Source: Candidatus Bathyarchaeota archaeon (GTDB lineage: Archaea > Thermoproteota > Bathyarchaeia > 40CM-2-53-6). Taken from it: DNA of 64,000 nucleotides. The position numbers and the translations under genes were made by a program. The stretch spans positions 55,045-119,044 of the forward strand of contig VBBS01000027.1 of NCBI GenBank assembly GCA_005888745.1, in the 5' to 3' direction. How positions within the stretch are numbered: the first letter of the stretch is position 1; every line of letters begins with the position of its first letter. Under the pieces are notes generated by a model. That model worked only from the letters and a program-made list of their open reading frames with translations, did no database searches and was not told the origin of the DNA. This document shows positions 8,233 to 18,363 of this stretch, piece by piece.

Positions 8233-11200
8233 TTGTTCTCCTCCCTCGAGGGCAGGGACACGATCTGACTGCTGCCCTTGTCGATGAAGACTCCGAACAC
8301 CCTCTCCGCCCTCGATATTGTCGTATCCTTGAGCGAGATTACTATGAACTGGGACATGATACTCCTCGTCCGAAGGAGGGTCGCTAGGCGTTTTGCGTTT
8401 AACACATCCAAGTGTGCGTCAATCTCGTCCATTACGTAGAATGGCATGGGATGGATTTGTTGGAGTGCTAGAAGGTAGCAGACCGTTGAGACAGACTTCT
8501 CTCCTCCACTCGCGCTCCCAATCGTAAGCTCTGTTTTTCCGGGGAACTGAAGCAGGACGTCGAGTCCGCCTTCAAACGGGTTTTCAGGATTGTCCAGGAC
8601 CATTCTTCCGTTTCCCTCACCAGTCATCTCGCGAAAAATGCTCTGGAATGTCTCGTTGACCTTGTGGTATGCGCTCATGAACGTGTCAAGCTTCTTCCTC
8701 TCGAGCTCGTTCATGAAGTCGAGGATAGCCAGCTTCTCTCTTTCGAGTTCTCCGATCCTAACTGAGAGATGTTTGTATCCTTCTTTCTGTGATTCGTATT
8801 GTTGGGCAGCGAGCTGGTTGATAGCACCTATCTCGTCCCGTTCCTGTTCGAGGACGCGTTTCATATCTTCAGCCTCCTTGATGAGATCCGGGTGAGTCTC
8901 GAGCGGCGTCTCGAATCCAAGGCCTCTAAGTTGTCCTTTGAAGATTGTTAGTTGAGCGTCGACTTCCCTTAGGCCCGCCTTTAGATCGGTCACGCTTGCA
9001 TTGAGTGGATCCATCATTTGCAGAAGTTTCCGAGTTGCTTTTTCGACTTCCACAAACTGTTCTTCGTACTTCTTCCTCTCATCCCCAACGCTGTCCAAAT
9101 TTCGGACCAGCCGCTGCTTTTCCTCGTTGAACTTTTTCATCTCTTTCTCCAATGTTTCGAGTCGTTCGTGCGCTTCTTTGGCTCGGGCCTCTTCGCGATG
9201 AATCTCAGAGTCAAGCGAGCGCAGTTGTATTCGGATCTGGTCGATTCCCGGCCTCAGGGTCTCGAGAGTAGACTGTTGGGAGGAGAGACGTGTTTCTAGC
9301 TCGAGCTTCTCTCGGAGAATGAGTTGGTTCTCGGTGGTGGCTTGGTCTCGCTCCGTTTCGAGTTGAGAGAGCGCTGACCTTCTGGAATCAATCCTCAGCC
9401 TCGTTCTTTCCTCTTCTATGACCGCGAGCCGCCTCTTCATCTCCGCTTGTTTCTCCGCGGTCTCCTTCAACAAGACTTGTTCTTTCGCCATGGAGTTCTG
9501 GAGGCTGTCAATTCGCCGGGTCGTCTGTTGCAAGAATGTTCTTGTTCTCTCGAAACTCTTCTTGGCAAGTTCTACGTCCCTTGCCAAGGCCTCTCGGGTC
9601 TTGCTCGCGGATACTCGGTCTTCCAACAGCTCGTTTAGCTCAATCTCGATACGGTCAACGTCGGACCGTGAGCGTTGCACAACGGTCTCCAGCGATTTCA
9701 CTGTTTTCTCGAGGCTTTCAAGTGCAGTGGATCGGGGAACTAGGTTTGAGATCTCGAGCGGGGCTCTATAGTAGCCGCTCTCGAGGCCTCCTCCTGGCTC
9801 GTAAAGGTCTCCGCTGGTTACGACGCATCTTTGTCCCTTGGATGCTGTCAGGAACGCTGCTCTTTGCGTCGTGGCGAGTACAGTATCGCCGAAGACGAAT
9901 TTGACAGCGGGGGCAACTGACTTGTCGGACCGTATTACCTTCGAAAGCGGACCAATTATTCCGGAGACGTTGCCAGCGTCGGGCTCCAGATCCGAGAGTT
10001 CAAGATCTTCTATCGGAACGATCTTGACGCGTCCAAGCTTAGTACGTTTCAGGCTTTCGACGCACCGGATTGCTACCTCGAGGTTTTTCACAACTAGGGC
10101 TTTCATCCAGCCGGCGCTGGCTGCCTGTATTGCCTTACGGTATTCTTCGGGAAACTTGACGAGATCTTCTAGACGGCCGTAGACGCCTTTCAGAGCGCCT
10201 TCATCAGCCATCTCTTCGATCTTCTCGATAGCTTTGTCTTCTGCTCCCATGCTGTCCGCTAGGATCATTTGTGTGTTGAATTCCACCACGGTGACTCTTG
10301 CCTTCTTTGCGACGTCGAGGGCTTCGTCGATCTCTTTTCTGCGCTGGTCCTTGAGTTCACTGTATTCTTTTGTTTTCTGCTCGATTGATTCGAGCCGTTT
10401 TTCCTCTTCCTTCTGAAGTTTCTCCATTTCGCGGATTCTATTCTTCAGCTCTTCTGAGAGCTGGGCGAACTCTTTCTGGCGGGCTTCGAGGGTTTGCAGA
10501 TGGCTGGCGGTTAGGTCGAGTTTTGTCGAACTGCCCTTGCTTTGAGCGGTTAGGTTTGAAAGTTCCTTTCCCAGGCCGTCGATCTCGTCCTGGACTTCAC
10601 GCAGTTTCTTGGCGTCGAGGTTGAGAGACGATCGGGTGTCGGTAAGCTTTTGGCCGATTTTTTCGACCTTGAATGTGGAATCCTCTAGCTTGTCCTCTAG
10701 GATTTTCTTGTGTGAATGGAGACTTTTGATCGAGCTGGCAAGTGGTTTGACTGAGGTTTCCATCTCTTCCGCCTGTTTTGTGAAGGCTTCGCGCTGTCTT
10801 GCGCGGGTTGTGACCAGGTTCTTCGTTGTTTCCGCGGCGGATTTTGCTTCGACGATGCCCTTGCTGGCTTCTGCGATAAGTCTTTCGAGATCGAAGAGTT
10901 CTTGGTTTCCCTGGGTGACTATTTTCTCTTCGAAGCTTCGTCGGTCTTGTTCGATCTTTGCTCGCTGTTGAGTTAGGTCTTCTCTTTCGTGTCTCACCTG
11001 AGAGAGCTTGACCTGTTCCTGCTCGAGGGTCTGTGACATTTCCTGATGCCGGTTTTCGAGTGCAAGGATCTGGGCGGAGAGGATGCGCGCTTGCTGGCTG
11101 TTTATCTCGGTCTTGAGAAGATTGAACCTGAGAAGGTCGTTTCTTTCTCGTTCCAGCTGTTCTATTCTCTGTCTCACCTCATCAACTCTCGCAGCGGCGA

Positions 11201-11765
11201 CTTTGAGGTTCAGATCGGCCTCTTGTAATTGCACTCTTGCCTCGGCCTTCTTTGTCTCGAAGGTTCCGATTCCGATTAGGCTTTCAAGAATCCTTCTTCG
11301 TTCTTCTGTACTGATCTCCGCGAGGCGAGTGATGGCGTGTTGTGAAATAAGGTTGAAGCCGGTGACTTGGATGTCGGCTGAGCTCATTATGTCCTGGACT
11401 TGTTTTCTGGAGAGGCGTCGTCCGTTAAGGCGGTAGATTCCTTCTCCGCCTTTCGAGAACTCTCTGGATATAGTTACGAGGTCAGAATCTACGGGCAGCT
11501 TTCGGTCACTGTTGTCGAACTGCACTGCCACGTAAGCGGATCGTGCTCCTTCGCCCTGTGACTTGTGGACTAGGTCGGATAGGCTTCTGCCTCGGAGTTC
11601 TCTGGGGCTTAGCTCACCGAGCGCGAACTTGAGACTGTCCAGGATATTGGACTTGCCCGATCCGTTGGGTCCGGTTATGACTGTGAATCCTGTTCCGAGG
11701 TTGATGGAGACCTTCTTGTTGAAGGTCTTGAATCCTCGGATGTCGATTCTCTTGATGAACACCAA
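8229..11765 (-). CDS. smc: chromosome segregation ATPase SMC
   Basis: 1178 aa. N-terminal Walker A (GPNGSGKSN), long coiled coils, a hinge, and C-terminal signature and Walker B motifs. Confidence 0.95.
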   Translation of the reverse strand: MVFIKRIDIRGFKTFNKKVSINLGTGFTVITGPNGSGKSNILDSLKFALGELSPRELRGRSLSDLVHKSQGEGARSAYVAVQFDNSDRKLPVDSDLVTISREFSKGGEGIYRLNGRRLSRKQVQDIMSSADIQVTGFNLISQHAITRLAEISTEERRRILESLIGIGTFETKKAEARVQLQEADLNLKVAAARVDEVRQRIEQLERERNDLLRFNLLKTEINSQQARILSAQILALENRHQEMSQTLEQEQVKLSQVRHEREDLTQQRAKIEQDRRSFEEKIVTQGNQELFDLERLIAEASKGIVEAKSAAETTKNLVTTRARQREAFTKQAEEMETSVKPLASSIKSLHSHKKILEDKLEDSTFKVEKIGQKLTDTRSSLNLDAKKLREVQDEIDGLGKELSNLTAQSKGSSTKLDLTASHLQTLEARQKEFAQLSEELKNRIREMEKLQKEEEKRLESIEQKTKEYSELKDQRRKEIDEALDVAKKARVTVVEFNTQMILADSMGAEDKAIEKIEEMADEGALKGVYGRLEDLVKFPEEYRKAIQAASAGWMKALVVKNLEVAIRCVESLKRTKLGRVKIVPIEDLELSDLEPDAGNVSGIIGPLSKVIRSDKSVAPAVKFVFGDTVLATTQRAAFLTASKGQRCVVTSGDLYEPGGGLESGYYRAPLEISNLVPRSTALESLEKTVKSLETVVQRSRSDVDRIEIELNELLEDRVSASKTREALARDVELAKKSFERTRTFLQQTTRRIDSLQNSMAKEQVLLKETAEKQAEMKRRLAVIEEERTRLRIDSRRSALSQLETERDQATTENQLILREKLELETRLSSQQSTLETLRPGIDQIRIQLRSLDSEIHREEARAKEAHERLETLEKEMKKFNEEKQRLVRNLDSVGDERKKYEEQFVEVEKATRKLLQMMDPLNASVTDLKAGLREVDAQLTIFKGQLRGLGFETPLETHPDLIKEAEDMKRVLEQERDEIGAINQLAAQQYESQKEGYKHLSVRIGELEREKLAILDFMNELERKKLDTFMSAYHKVNETFQSIFREMTGEGNGRMVLDNPENPFEGGLDVLLQFPGKTELTIGSASGGEKSVSTVCYLLALQQIHPMPFYVMDEIDAHLDVLNAKRLATLLRTRSIMSQFIVISLKDTTISRAERVFGVFIDKGSSQIVSLPSREENN

Positions 11766-11806
11766 GGCTGGGGCCCTGGACTCTCACTCGCAGGTGGGAC
11801 GTGTTC

Positions 11807-12589
11807 TCATCGGCCGTATCTTCTGTAGCGCCTCTGGTAGAGTCTGATGGCCCTTAAGAAATCGATTCTTCGAAACTCGGGCCAATAAACGTCTACGAAG
11901 ACCAGTTCGCTGTATGCGGATTGCCATAGGAGGAAGCCGCTTAGGCGCTCTTCGCCTGACGTCCGTATAACCAGGTCCGGGTTTGGGTTGGGGAGGTGTG
12001 CGGTGTAGAGGTATTTGTGGAATATTCCCTCATCGATGTCTTGGGGTCTCAGGTTTCCTTGGTAGACATCGTCAACGATCTTTTTGGTGGCGTCGACGAT
12101 TTCCGCTCGTCCTGTGTATGCGATTGCGATGTTTAGGAAGTGTCCTGTGTACTCGCTCGTGTCGTCTTCAAGTTTCTTCAGCGCGTCTTGGAGGCTTTCT
12201 GGGAGGAGGTCTGTTCTGCCGAGGGCTTTGACCCTGACCTTTTGTGTGTGGAGACGATTGTCTCTCCCAAGTTTTCGGGCTTCTTCCTCGACGAGTTTGA
12301 GGACGGCGTTTACTTCTTCGGCGGGCCGGTCGAAGTTTTCGGTTGAGAACGTGTAGAGGGTTAGGGTCTTGATTCCGTATTCGAGGCACCAGTCCAGCAC
12401 TTCTTCTCCAACCTTCGCGCCAATAGTGTGTCCGTCGTTGGGCCGGAGAGCTTTTTCCACGGCCCATCTTCTGTTACCGTCTAGTATTATTCCAATATGT
12501 TCAGGTAGCGGTTTTCCCTTGACCTGCTCGGTGAGCCATTTTTCATAGGCGGTGTATACTCCTGCTATTCTGAGTAGGCTGTCTAACAC
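11807..12589 (-). CDS. uppS: undecaprenyl/di-trans,poly-cis-prenyl diphosphate synthase
   Basis: HIGIILDGNRRWA motif of cis-prenyltransferases. Confidence 0.9.
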   Translation of the reverse strand: MLDSLLRIAGVYTAYEKWLTEQVKGKPLPEHIGIILDGNRRWAVEKALRPNDGHTIGAKVGEEVLDWCLEYGIKTLTLYTFSTENFDRPAEEVNAVLKLVEEEARKLGRDNRLHTQKVRVKALGRTDLLPESLQDALKKLEDDTSEYTGHFLNIAIAYTGRAEIVDATKKIVDDVYQGNLRPQDIDEGIFHKYLYTAHLPNPNPDLVIRTSGEERLSGFLLWQSAYSELVFVDVYWPEFRRIDFLRAIRLYQRRYRRYGR

Positions 12590-13389
12590 GTTTGTTCTTT
12601 GACCTCCGGTTTGTTGAGTTGGGCTTGGGCGAGCGCTCTTGCGCAGGAGCAGCCGTCTCTCGTGTCAGGTATCTTGCCTATAGCTTCTATGAGAATCTTG
12701 TTCAGGATCTGGCTGGTCTCTTTTCCCTTCTCTTCCACCTCTCTTGCTGAGAGTGTTCTCTGGAGGCCGGCTGCCATGTTAGAGACGAAGCTGATTGATG
12801 CATAGCATATCTGGAGCTCTCTGGCGAGGAAGGCTTCTGGGGCGCCTGTCATTCCCACGATCGCGCCGCCGAGTGTCTTGAGCATGCGTATCTCCGCTGG
12901 TGTCTCGTATCTTGGGCCTTCGGTGGCGGCCATTACGATGTCGTTTCGAATGGTTTTCTTGCTGTCAGAGCCGGCGCTGGTTATCGCGTTTCTCAGGGTT
13001 GGGCAGTATGGTTCGGATACGTCGACATGTGTGACCGGGGAGTCGTCGTAGAAGGTTCCTTGTCGAGATTTCGTAAAATCGATCAGGTCTGAGGGTACGA
13101 CTATCTCTCCTGGTGTGAGAGTGGTGTCTATTGCACCGACGGCGTTTGTAGCGATTATTCTTTCAACCCCGAGACTTTTGAGTCCCCATATGTTGGCTCG
13201 ATAATTTACCTTGTGGGGTGGAGCGGTGTGTCCTTCGCCGTGTCGTGGTAGATAGACTGCTTCTCGTCCTTTAACTTGTCCGATGGTCAGGGTTGGGGTT
13301 GGACCGTATGGTGTGCCGAGGATCTTTTCTTCGCCTTTGACGAGGGATTTGACTCCTGAGCCACCGATTATTGCGATGGGCGGTTTCAT
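12583..13389 (-). CDS. mtnP: 5'-methylthioadenosine / purine nucleoside phosphorylase
   Basis: MKPPIAIIGGSG N-terminus. PNP/MTAP family fold motifs. Confidence 0.9.
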   Translation of the reverse strand: MKPPIAIIGGSGVKSLVKGEEKILGTPYGPTPTLTIGQVKGREAVYLPRHGEGHTAPPHKVNYRANIWGLKSLGVERIIATNAVGAIDTTLTPGEIVVPSDLIDFTKSRQGTFYDDSPVTHVDVSEPYCPTLRNAITSAGSDSKKTIRNDIVMAATEGPRYETPAEIRMLKTLGGAIVGMTGAPEAFLARELQICYASISFVSNMAAGLQRTLSAREVEEKGKETSQILNKILIEAIGKIPDTRDGCSCARALAQAQLNKPEVKEQTC

Positions 13390-14150
13390 TCCTCTTCCTC
13401 GTAGAGTGCGCTCAGCTCGTGGAGGGAGAGCTTTGCGCCCTGGCTGAGCTTCTTCTTCGCAGCCTCTTTCAAGTTCTGCTTGTGAGTTTCTTCTTTTTGG
13501 CGCTGACTCATTTTCTCAGCTAGATCAATCGATTTTCTGACTACTTGGTATTGCTCGTCTGCGTCCTTGTATTCTCCGCGGAGCTGGTTGAGGGATTTTC
13601 TAACATCTTCCTGTTTTATCTTGAGTGCTTCGAACCGTTCGGATAGTATTACGATCTCCTCGTGATGCTTCTGGCTTTCCTCCGCGAGCTCCTGGACCTT
13701 CGCGTGTAGCTCGTCTGCTTCTTGGTTGGCTTTTGTGACCTCATCTCGTAGTCGGTTGATCTTCTTGGCCGCGTTTACTTGGGTTTCGAGAGCTCGGATC
13801 TTTATCATCAGACGCTTTTCTTCTTCCTTGCCTAGTGGTGCGGTTTGTACTTGCCATTCGAGCTGTTGTAGCTCGTGCTCGGCTGTTACAGACTGGAGGA
13901 GCTTGGGCGCTGTTTTCTGGAGAATCTTCAGTTTTGTGATGTTCTGTTTTGCTTTGTCTCGAAGGTTGTCTCGGGTTTTCTTGAGGGCTCTGACTGTCTC
14001 GTTGAGTTCGTCGCGGGTCTTCCGGCTTGCTTGGAGTTCTGTGCGTGTAGTGTCGAGTTTGCTTCTTACCTCGGATAGTGCTCCTAGGAGTTTGCGTTCG
14101 TCGGTTTTGATCCGCTGCCGCTCGTCGGCGAGCATTTCGAGATTGGTCAT
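13386..14150 (-). CDS. coiled-coil protein
   Basis: 254 aa, heptad-rich with K/E/Q/L throughout. 4-nt start/stop overlap with mtnP. Confidence 0.55.
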   Translation of the reverse strand: MTNLEMLADERQRIKTDERKLLGALSEVRSKLDTTRTELQASRKTRDELNETVRALKKTRDNLRDKAKQNITKLKILQKTAPKLLQSVTAEHELQQLEWQVQTAPLGKEEEKRLMIKIRALETQVNAAKKINRLRDEVTKANQEADELHAKVQELAEESQKHHEEIVILSERFEALKIKQEDVRKSLNQLRGEYKDADEQYQVVRKSIDLAEKMSQRQKEETHKQNLKEAAKKKLSQGAKLSLHELSALYEEEE

Positions 14151-14248
14151 AGCTGGATCCCCGTTTGTAACTGACGGGTCTGATTGTTGGAATATGGGGA
14201 AGCCGCCTTATAGACGTTCAACTCACTCCCTTCCAGAAGGGAGGTCAG

Positions 14249-14938
14249 TTGGGGCTGGAAAGGGTTGGGAGTCGTCTGTCCCTGATCGGGACGGTGCACG
14301 TGGACCCTGCCAGCGCTACGAACGTTCGAGGCACTATTGTAGCGATGAAACCGGAGGTCGTGGCCTTGGAGCTGGATGAGGCCCGGATGATGGCGCTGGA
14401 GAATCCGAAGGCTCAGAGCGGACGCGGAGCTGGAGTGTCATTTCTGACCTTGGCTTTGTTGGAGAGGTTTGCTGGACAGATGACCGGGTCGCCTCCCGGA
14501 ACAGAGATGTTGGAGGCAGCTAGGACGGCGAAGGCTGTCGGGTCCAGAGTGGAATTCATCGATCTGCCTATCACGAGTACGGGCGCCGCGTTGAGGGGGC
14601 TGCCTCGGAAGGAGAAAGCGAAACTGGTGGTTGACGCGCTCGTCAGCCTTGTCGTCTTGCCGTTCAGCAGGATAAACTGGTCGAAGGTGACGGAGGACTT
14701 GGATTCGCAGATCGGGGCTTTCCGGAAAAGATATCCAGTTTTGAGCAAGATATTGATCGATACGCGCGAGGAGCACATGATCAACCGTTTGAAGATGGTG
14801 ATGGACTCGACGACCGGGCAGGTCTTGGCCGTTGTAGGTTTTGGACACCGGGCTTCGCTGGCGCGGGCGTTGGCTGGGTATATGGAAGGACCGGGGTTCA
14901 GTACTAGTATTTCCTGGAACGTGTCGACCGGCAGCTGA
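14249..14938 (+). CDS. TraB/PrgY/GumN family protein
   Basis: LIGTVHV...VALELDE N-terminal motif characteristic of the TraB family. Confidence 0.7.
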   Translation: MGLERVGSRLSLIGTVHVDPASATNVRGTIVAMKPEVVALELDEARMMALENPKAQSGRGAGVSFLTLALLERFAGQMTGSPPGTEMLEAARTAKAVGSRVEFIDLPITSTGAALRGLPRKEKAKLVVDALVSLVVLPFSRINWSKVTEDLDSQIGAFRKRYPVLSKILIDTREEHMINRLKMVMDSTTGQVLAVVGFGHRASLARALAGYMEGPGFSTSISWNVSTGS

Positions 14939-15116
14939 TGGCTGGATTCAGCCATGGAGGAAGGAGGGAGTGGCATGGGTAAGTGAACGTGGGTTCTAAG
15001 CGTTTTCACGAAGAGCGGGGCGCGGGAAAACAGACCACTCCGGGGTCACATAATAGTTAACGGAAAAAATAGTTACAAGAAAAGTTAGGATACTCAGAAC
15101 TCTCGTACCGTGCCCT

Positions 15117-15917
15117 TCACGGATCTTTCTGACGCGAGCGGGCTGACTTCGCGAGTTCGCGTAGGAGGTATGCGATGGCGTTGTCCAGCCTTGCGTGAGA
15201 GTTGGGGTCTACGCTGTAGACATGAAGCTGGATTAGGGTCCGGATTCCACCCTCGCGGCCGCGGGGATGGGACTTGAAGTATAGTCCTGGAAAGGCCTTC
15301 CGCGTGCGGTCTAGGGCCGGCGCGAGTGCTGACTCAATAATTCCAACCAGGCCAATGGACACTTCCTTGGGAGCTTCTGTCTTCGAGGATCTCAGCATCG
15401 GAGTAACGGACCCTTGGAAGATGGCTTTCATCTCTGAGGGAACCCCTGGAAGAGAAACAAGCCTCGTCTTGCCAACTTTGATCGTGACTCCCGGAGCAGT
15501 TCCAACGGGATTGGGAAGAGGCTTAGCGCCCTCAGGCAAGGTGGCCATCTTTCTACGAAATCGGGTTAGACCTGTAGAAGCTTCCAGCATACTGTACCGG
15601 GCCTTGACCATCGCGAAAGCTTCCGAATCCAGCACGAGCCGCTTGTTCAGAGCGAGGGCGACTCCTTTGAGAGTCATGTCATCATGGGTCGGACCAAGAC
15701 CGCCGAGAGTGATCAGAACGTCAGGTCTTCTTCGAAGAGCGCCTCCAACTCCATCCTTTAACGCCGCAAGCGAGTCGCGAAGGACAGTGATCCTCTGAAG
15801 GGTCCAACCGAAACTTGTGAGACGTCTTGCGATCCAGTGAGAATTGGTATCAAGTGTGTGTCCGATCAGTAGTTCATCGCCGACAGAGATTATCTCTGCT
15901 GTCGGAGACTTCCTCAC
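15117..15917 (-). CDS. CinA-like / MoaB-MogA molybdopterin-binding domain protein
   Basis: AEIISVGDELLIGHTLDTNSHWIARRL and LITLGGLGPTHDDMT motifs. Confidence 0.75.
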   Translation of the reverse strand: MRKSPTAEIISVGDELLIGHTLDTNSHWIARRLTSFGWTLQRITVLRDSLAALKDGVGGALRRRPDVLITLGGLGPTHDDMTLKGVALALNKRLVLDSEAFAMVKARYSMLEASTGLTRFRRKMATLPEGAKPLPNPVGTAPGVTIKVGKTRLVSLPGVPSEMKAIFQGSVTPMLRSSKTEAPKEVSIGLVGIIESALAPALDRTRKAFPGLYFKSHPRGREGGIRTLIQLHVYSVDPNSHARLDNAIAYLLRELAKSARSRQKDP

Positions 15918-15943
15918 TCAGCAAGACCCCGAAAAAGCCCTGA

Positions 15944-16570
15944 CTAGTGTCTCTCCAACGAGACGACAGCTGCCAGTGCGCCTGAAAGAGCTCGGTTCGC
16001 GTCTTTCCCAAACCCAATGATCACGAGGTCGTTCTCAGAGGGATGGAAGAGTTCTCGAATCCGAGCATCTTCACGTGGCGACAGTTCGGCAACTTTCTTG
16101 TTATCGGGCGGTATCGAGAGCTTCCCGTTAACGACCGCTATAGTTAGGGTCCCTTCCGCGCCGACCTTGATCGCTTCGTCCCTTTGTAACACCCCTGTGA
16201 TTCCGGGCTTGTACCTCTTGGACAAGTGGACTCCTACCGACACTTTGCCGGGGACCAGTTCCATCTCATCTAGTGTCCTGATCTTGCGCACGGCTATCTG
16301 CTTAAGATACCGTTGCAATGTTTCCCGTCCTTGCCTAGAAAGCTTGGCACCCGTTCCCTCGCCAACTTCAACCAAGCCCTGTTCCGCGAGCCTTTCCAAC
16401 AAGCCCCGGGTAACGCCATCATTGATTTGAAGAGCTTGAGCCAAGGCACGGCGTCCAACCGGGCCCTCAAGGTCAATGAGGACTAGGGCGCTCAGAAGCT
16501 GGACTGGAGTAAGCTGGGGAAGCGGACCCCTGGCTCCGCGACGCCACTTCTCAAGCATTTCCTCAAGCAT
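15944..16570 (-). CDS. winged-helix DNA-binding protein with C-terminal DUF4443-like domain
   Basis: N-terminal wHTH-like segment. The C-terminal part has no catalytic motifs. Confidence 0.5.
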   Translation of the reverse strand: MLEEMLEKWRRGARGPLPQLTPVQLLSALVLIDLEGPVGRRALAQALQINDGVTRGLLERLAEQGLVEVGEGTGAKLSRQGRETLQRYLKQIAVRKIRTLDEMELVPGKVSVGVHLSKRYKPGITGVLQRDEAIKVGAEGTLTIAVVNGKLSIPPDNKKVAELSPREDARIRELFHPSENDLVIIGFGKDANRALSGALAAVVSLERH

Positions 16571-16687
16571 CGAATCCGACAGCCAGTGTGATCATGCCAC
16601 TGGAAAGTTAACTCTTCCCAAGAAACGCGCAATTGCTTAGTCCTGCTTTCACCAGACAGAAATTATAGAGGAAGCTGTGAGGAGTCA

Positions 16688-17194
16688 GTGAGGTACAGAC
16701 TTCGTGAACGAGTTTCTAGTCAGGTCAATTCAGGCATCGGATCGCGGTTGGGTGGAGGCTTTCATCAAGTCCCATTGGGTTCAGAGATTGTTGTCGCAAA
16801 GGGCCGGGTCATTCGTCCCGCGGAACTTGGCGGTTTTGCAGCCTTCAGGGGAAAAGACGCCGTCGGTCTGCTGACTTATCAAATAGAGGGACGTGACTGT
16901 GAGATTGTCACACTCGACAGCATCACTGAACGCGAGGGAATTGGGATGTCGCTTGTTGAAGCTGTCAAGGAAAGAGCGAAGGCGAAGGGTTGTAGGAGAA
17001 TTTGGCTCATAACTACCAACGACAACCTGAACGCTTTAGGATTCTATCAAAAGAGATGTTTCCGTCTGATAGCTCTCTACCCTAATGCTTTGGAAGCTTC
17101 TAGGAAGCTGAAGCCTCAGATCTCCATGAAGGCCGCCAATGGCATTCCGATTAGAGATGAACTTGAACTCGAACTTGAGCTGTCAAGCCGGTAG
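16688..17194 (+). CDS. GNAT family N-acetyltransferase
   Basis: Acetyl-CoA binding-like segment (EGIGMSLVEAVKERAKAKGCRRIWL...NALGFYQKRCF). Confidence 0.7.
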   Translation: MRYRLRERVSSQVNSGIGSRLGGGFHQVPLGSEIVVAKGRVIRPAELGGFAAFRGKDAVGLLTYQIEGRDCEIVTLDSITEREGIGMSLVEAVKERAKAKGCRRIWLITTNDNLNALGFYQKRCFRLIALYPNALEASRKLKPQISMKAANGIPIRDELELELELSSR

Positions 17195-17246
17195 CCACAC
17201 ATTGTAGGAGAACAACGTCAACGAGATTTTGGGAAAACGTAGCTGA

Positions 17247-17459
17247 CTACTTTTTCTTGTCGCTCAGCCACCATTTCAGATAGTCCTTGTGGCGGCGTTT
17301 CTTCTCTTCGTCTGCCGACTCTTCGGTGCGAAGCATCTTTTCTCGTCCTTCTAGAAGGTTTTGCTGGGTGAAGGTTAGGCCGCAGCTCTTACAGGCATAT
17401 TGCTTGATTGCAGGGTCATAACTTAGGTTTCCACCGCACTCCAAGCAATAATTAGGCAA
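17247..17459 (-). CDS. zinc-ribbon protein
   Basis: CLECGG...CKSCG four-Cys ribbon followed by a basic tail. Confidence 0.55.
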   Translation of the reverse strand: MPNYCLECGGNLSYDPAIKQYACKSCGLTFTQQNLLEGREKMLRTEESADEEKKRRHKDYLKWWLSDKKK

Positions 17460-17613
17460 ACTTCTCCTCGAGAAGAAATTTGGCTCGCGAACCAGATAAA
17501 GATTCGGTTACTCAAAAGGGCCAAAGGATGAAAAATTCGGCCGTAGGCGACGAAATTGGGTGTTGGCGGAGAACGGTTAATATGCCGACTCTGTCAGTCG
17601 GAATTCGATTCGA

Positions 17614-18012
17614 TTGCCTCGATATCATGGCAACCAGCACAAGAAGAAACCCACTGGTGGGGTCAAGCGTAACTGGCGGGGAAAACGCGCCTTCGAGGCC
17701 GGCGGAGAACCGGTCGAGACGACCCTTGGCAAGGTTAAGCAGAGAAGAGTTGGAATCCGAGGCGGGGCTACGAAAATAAAACTGGCGTCGGCTGACTGGG
17801 CTGTTGTCACCGACAAGTCGACGGGTAAGTCGTCGAAATCGAAGCTTCTGCGAGTTGTTAAGAATCCGGCGAACGTTGACTATCAGAGGCGGGGAGTAAT
17901 CACGAAGGGTGCGATCGTCGATACGGAACTCGGTCAGGCGCGAGTGACCTCTCGTCCCGGACAAGACGGGGTCATCAACGCAGTCCTCGTATCCCAAGCC
18001 AGCAAGTCCTAA
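17614..18012 (+). CDS. rps8e: 30S ribosomal protein S8e
   Basis: NPANVDYQRRGVITKGAIVDTELGQARVTSRPGQDGVINAVL is diagnostic of S8e. TTG start. Confidence 0.9.
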   Translation: MPRYHGNQHKKKPTGGVKRNWRGKRAFEAGGEPVETTLGKVKQRRVGIRGGATKIKLASADWAVVTDKSTGKSSKSKLLRVVKNPANVDYQRRGVITKGAIVDTELGQARVTSRPGQDGVINAVLVSQASKS

Positions 18013-18032
18013 GATAGAACGGTGAAACCAGG

Positions 18033-18356
18033 GTGAAAAACCCGGGTCACGTCATCATCTGGCCATTCCACATAGACAGTACGAAGACCAGGGGCCAGGG
18101 AAGAAAACTTCCGATAGCGCGAGCGATAAAACAGCCAAACCTCAGAGAAATTGTGCAGGCGGCGACAATCCTAGGTTATGTTCCGGAACCGAAGGAAAAA
18201 TCGGCGATGCCCAGCCTTCACTGGGAGAAGGCAGGAAATGTTACGGTGAAGAAGACGGCTCCCAAGGTTACAATGCTGAAATCGATTGCCGGGGAGATCG
18301 TGAAGATACGGCAAAAAGAGGCCCAGGCTGTCGAGCCGAAGAAAGACCGACGATAG
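18033..18356 (+). CDS. srp19: signal recognition particle 19 kDa protein
   Basis: VIIWPFHIDSTKTRGQGRKLP N-terminal SRP19 signature. GTG start. Confidence 0.85.
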   Translation: MKNPGHVIIWPFHIDSTKTRGQGRKLPIARAIKQPNLREIVQAATILGYVPEPKEKSAMPSLHWEKAGNVTVKKTAPKVTMLKSIAGEIVKIRQKEAQAVEPKKDRR

Positions 18357-18363
18357 ACCCGAC

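Noticed and set aside
8590-11847. Many 60-120-aa ORFs on the + strand inside the smc gene
   Set aside because: They are antisense to a 1178-aa conserved gene. Their translations are Ser/Arg/Cys-rich and low-complexity, which is typical of spurious opposite-strand frames.
17512-17997. 161-aa minus-strand ORF
   Set aside because: Fully antisense to the clearly conserved ribosomal protein S8e gene.
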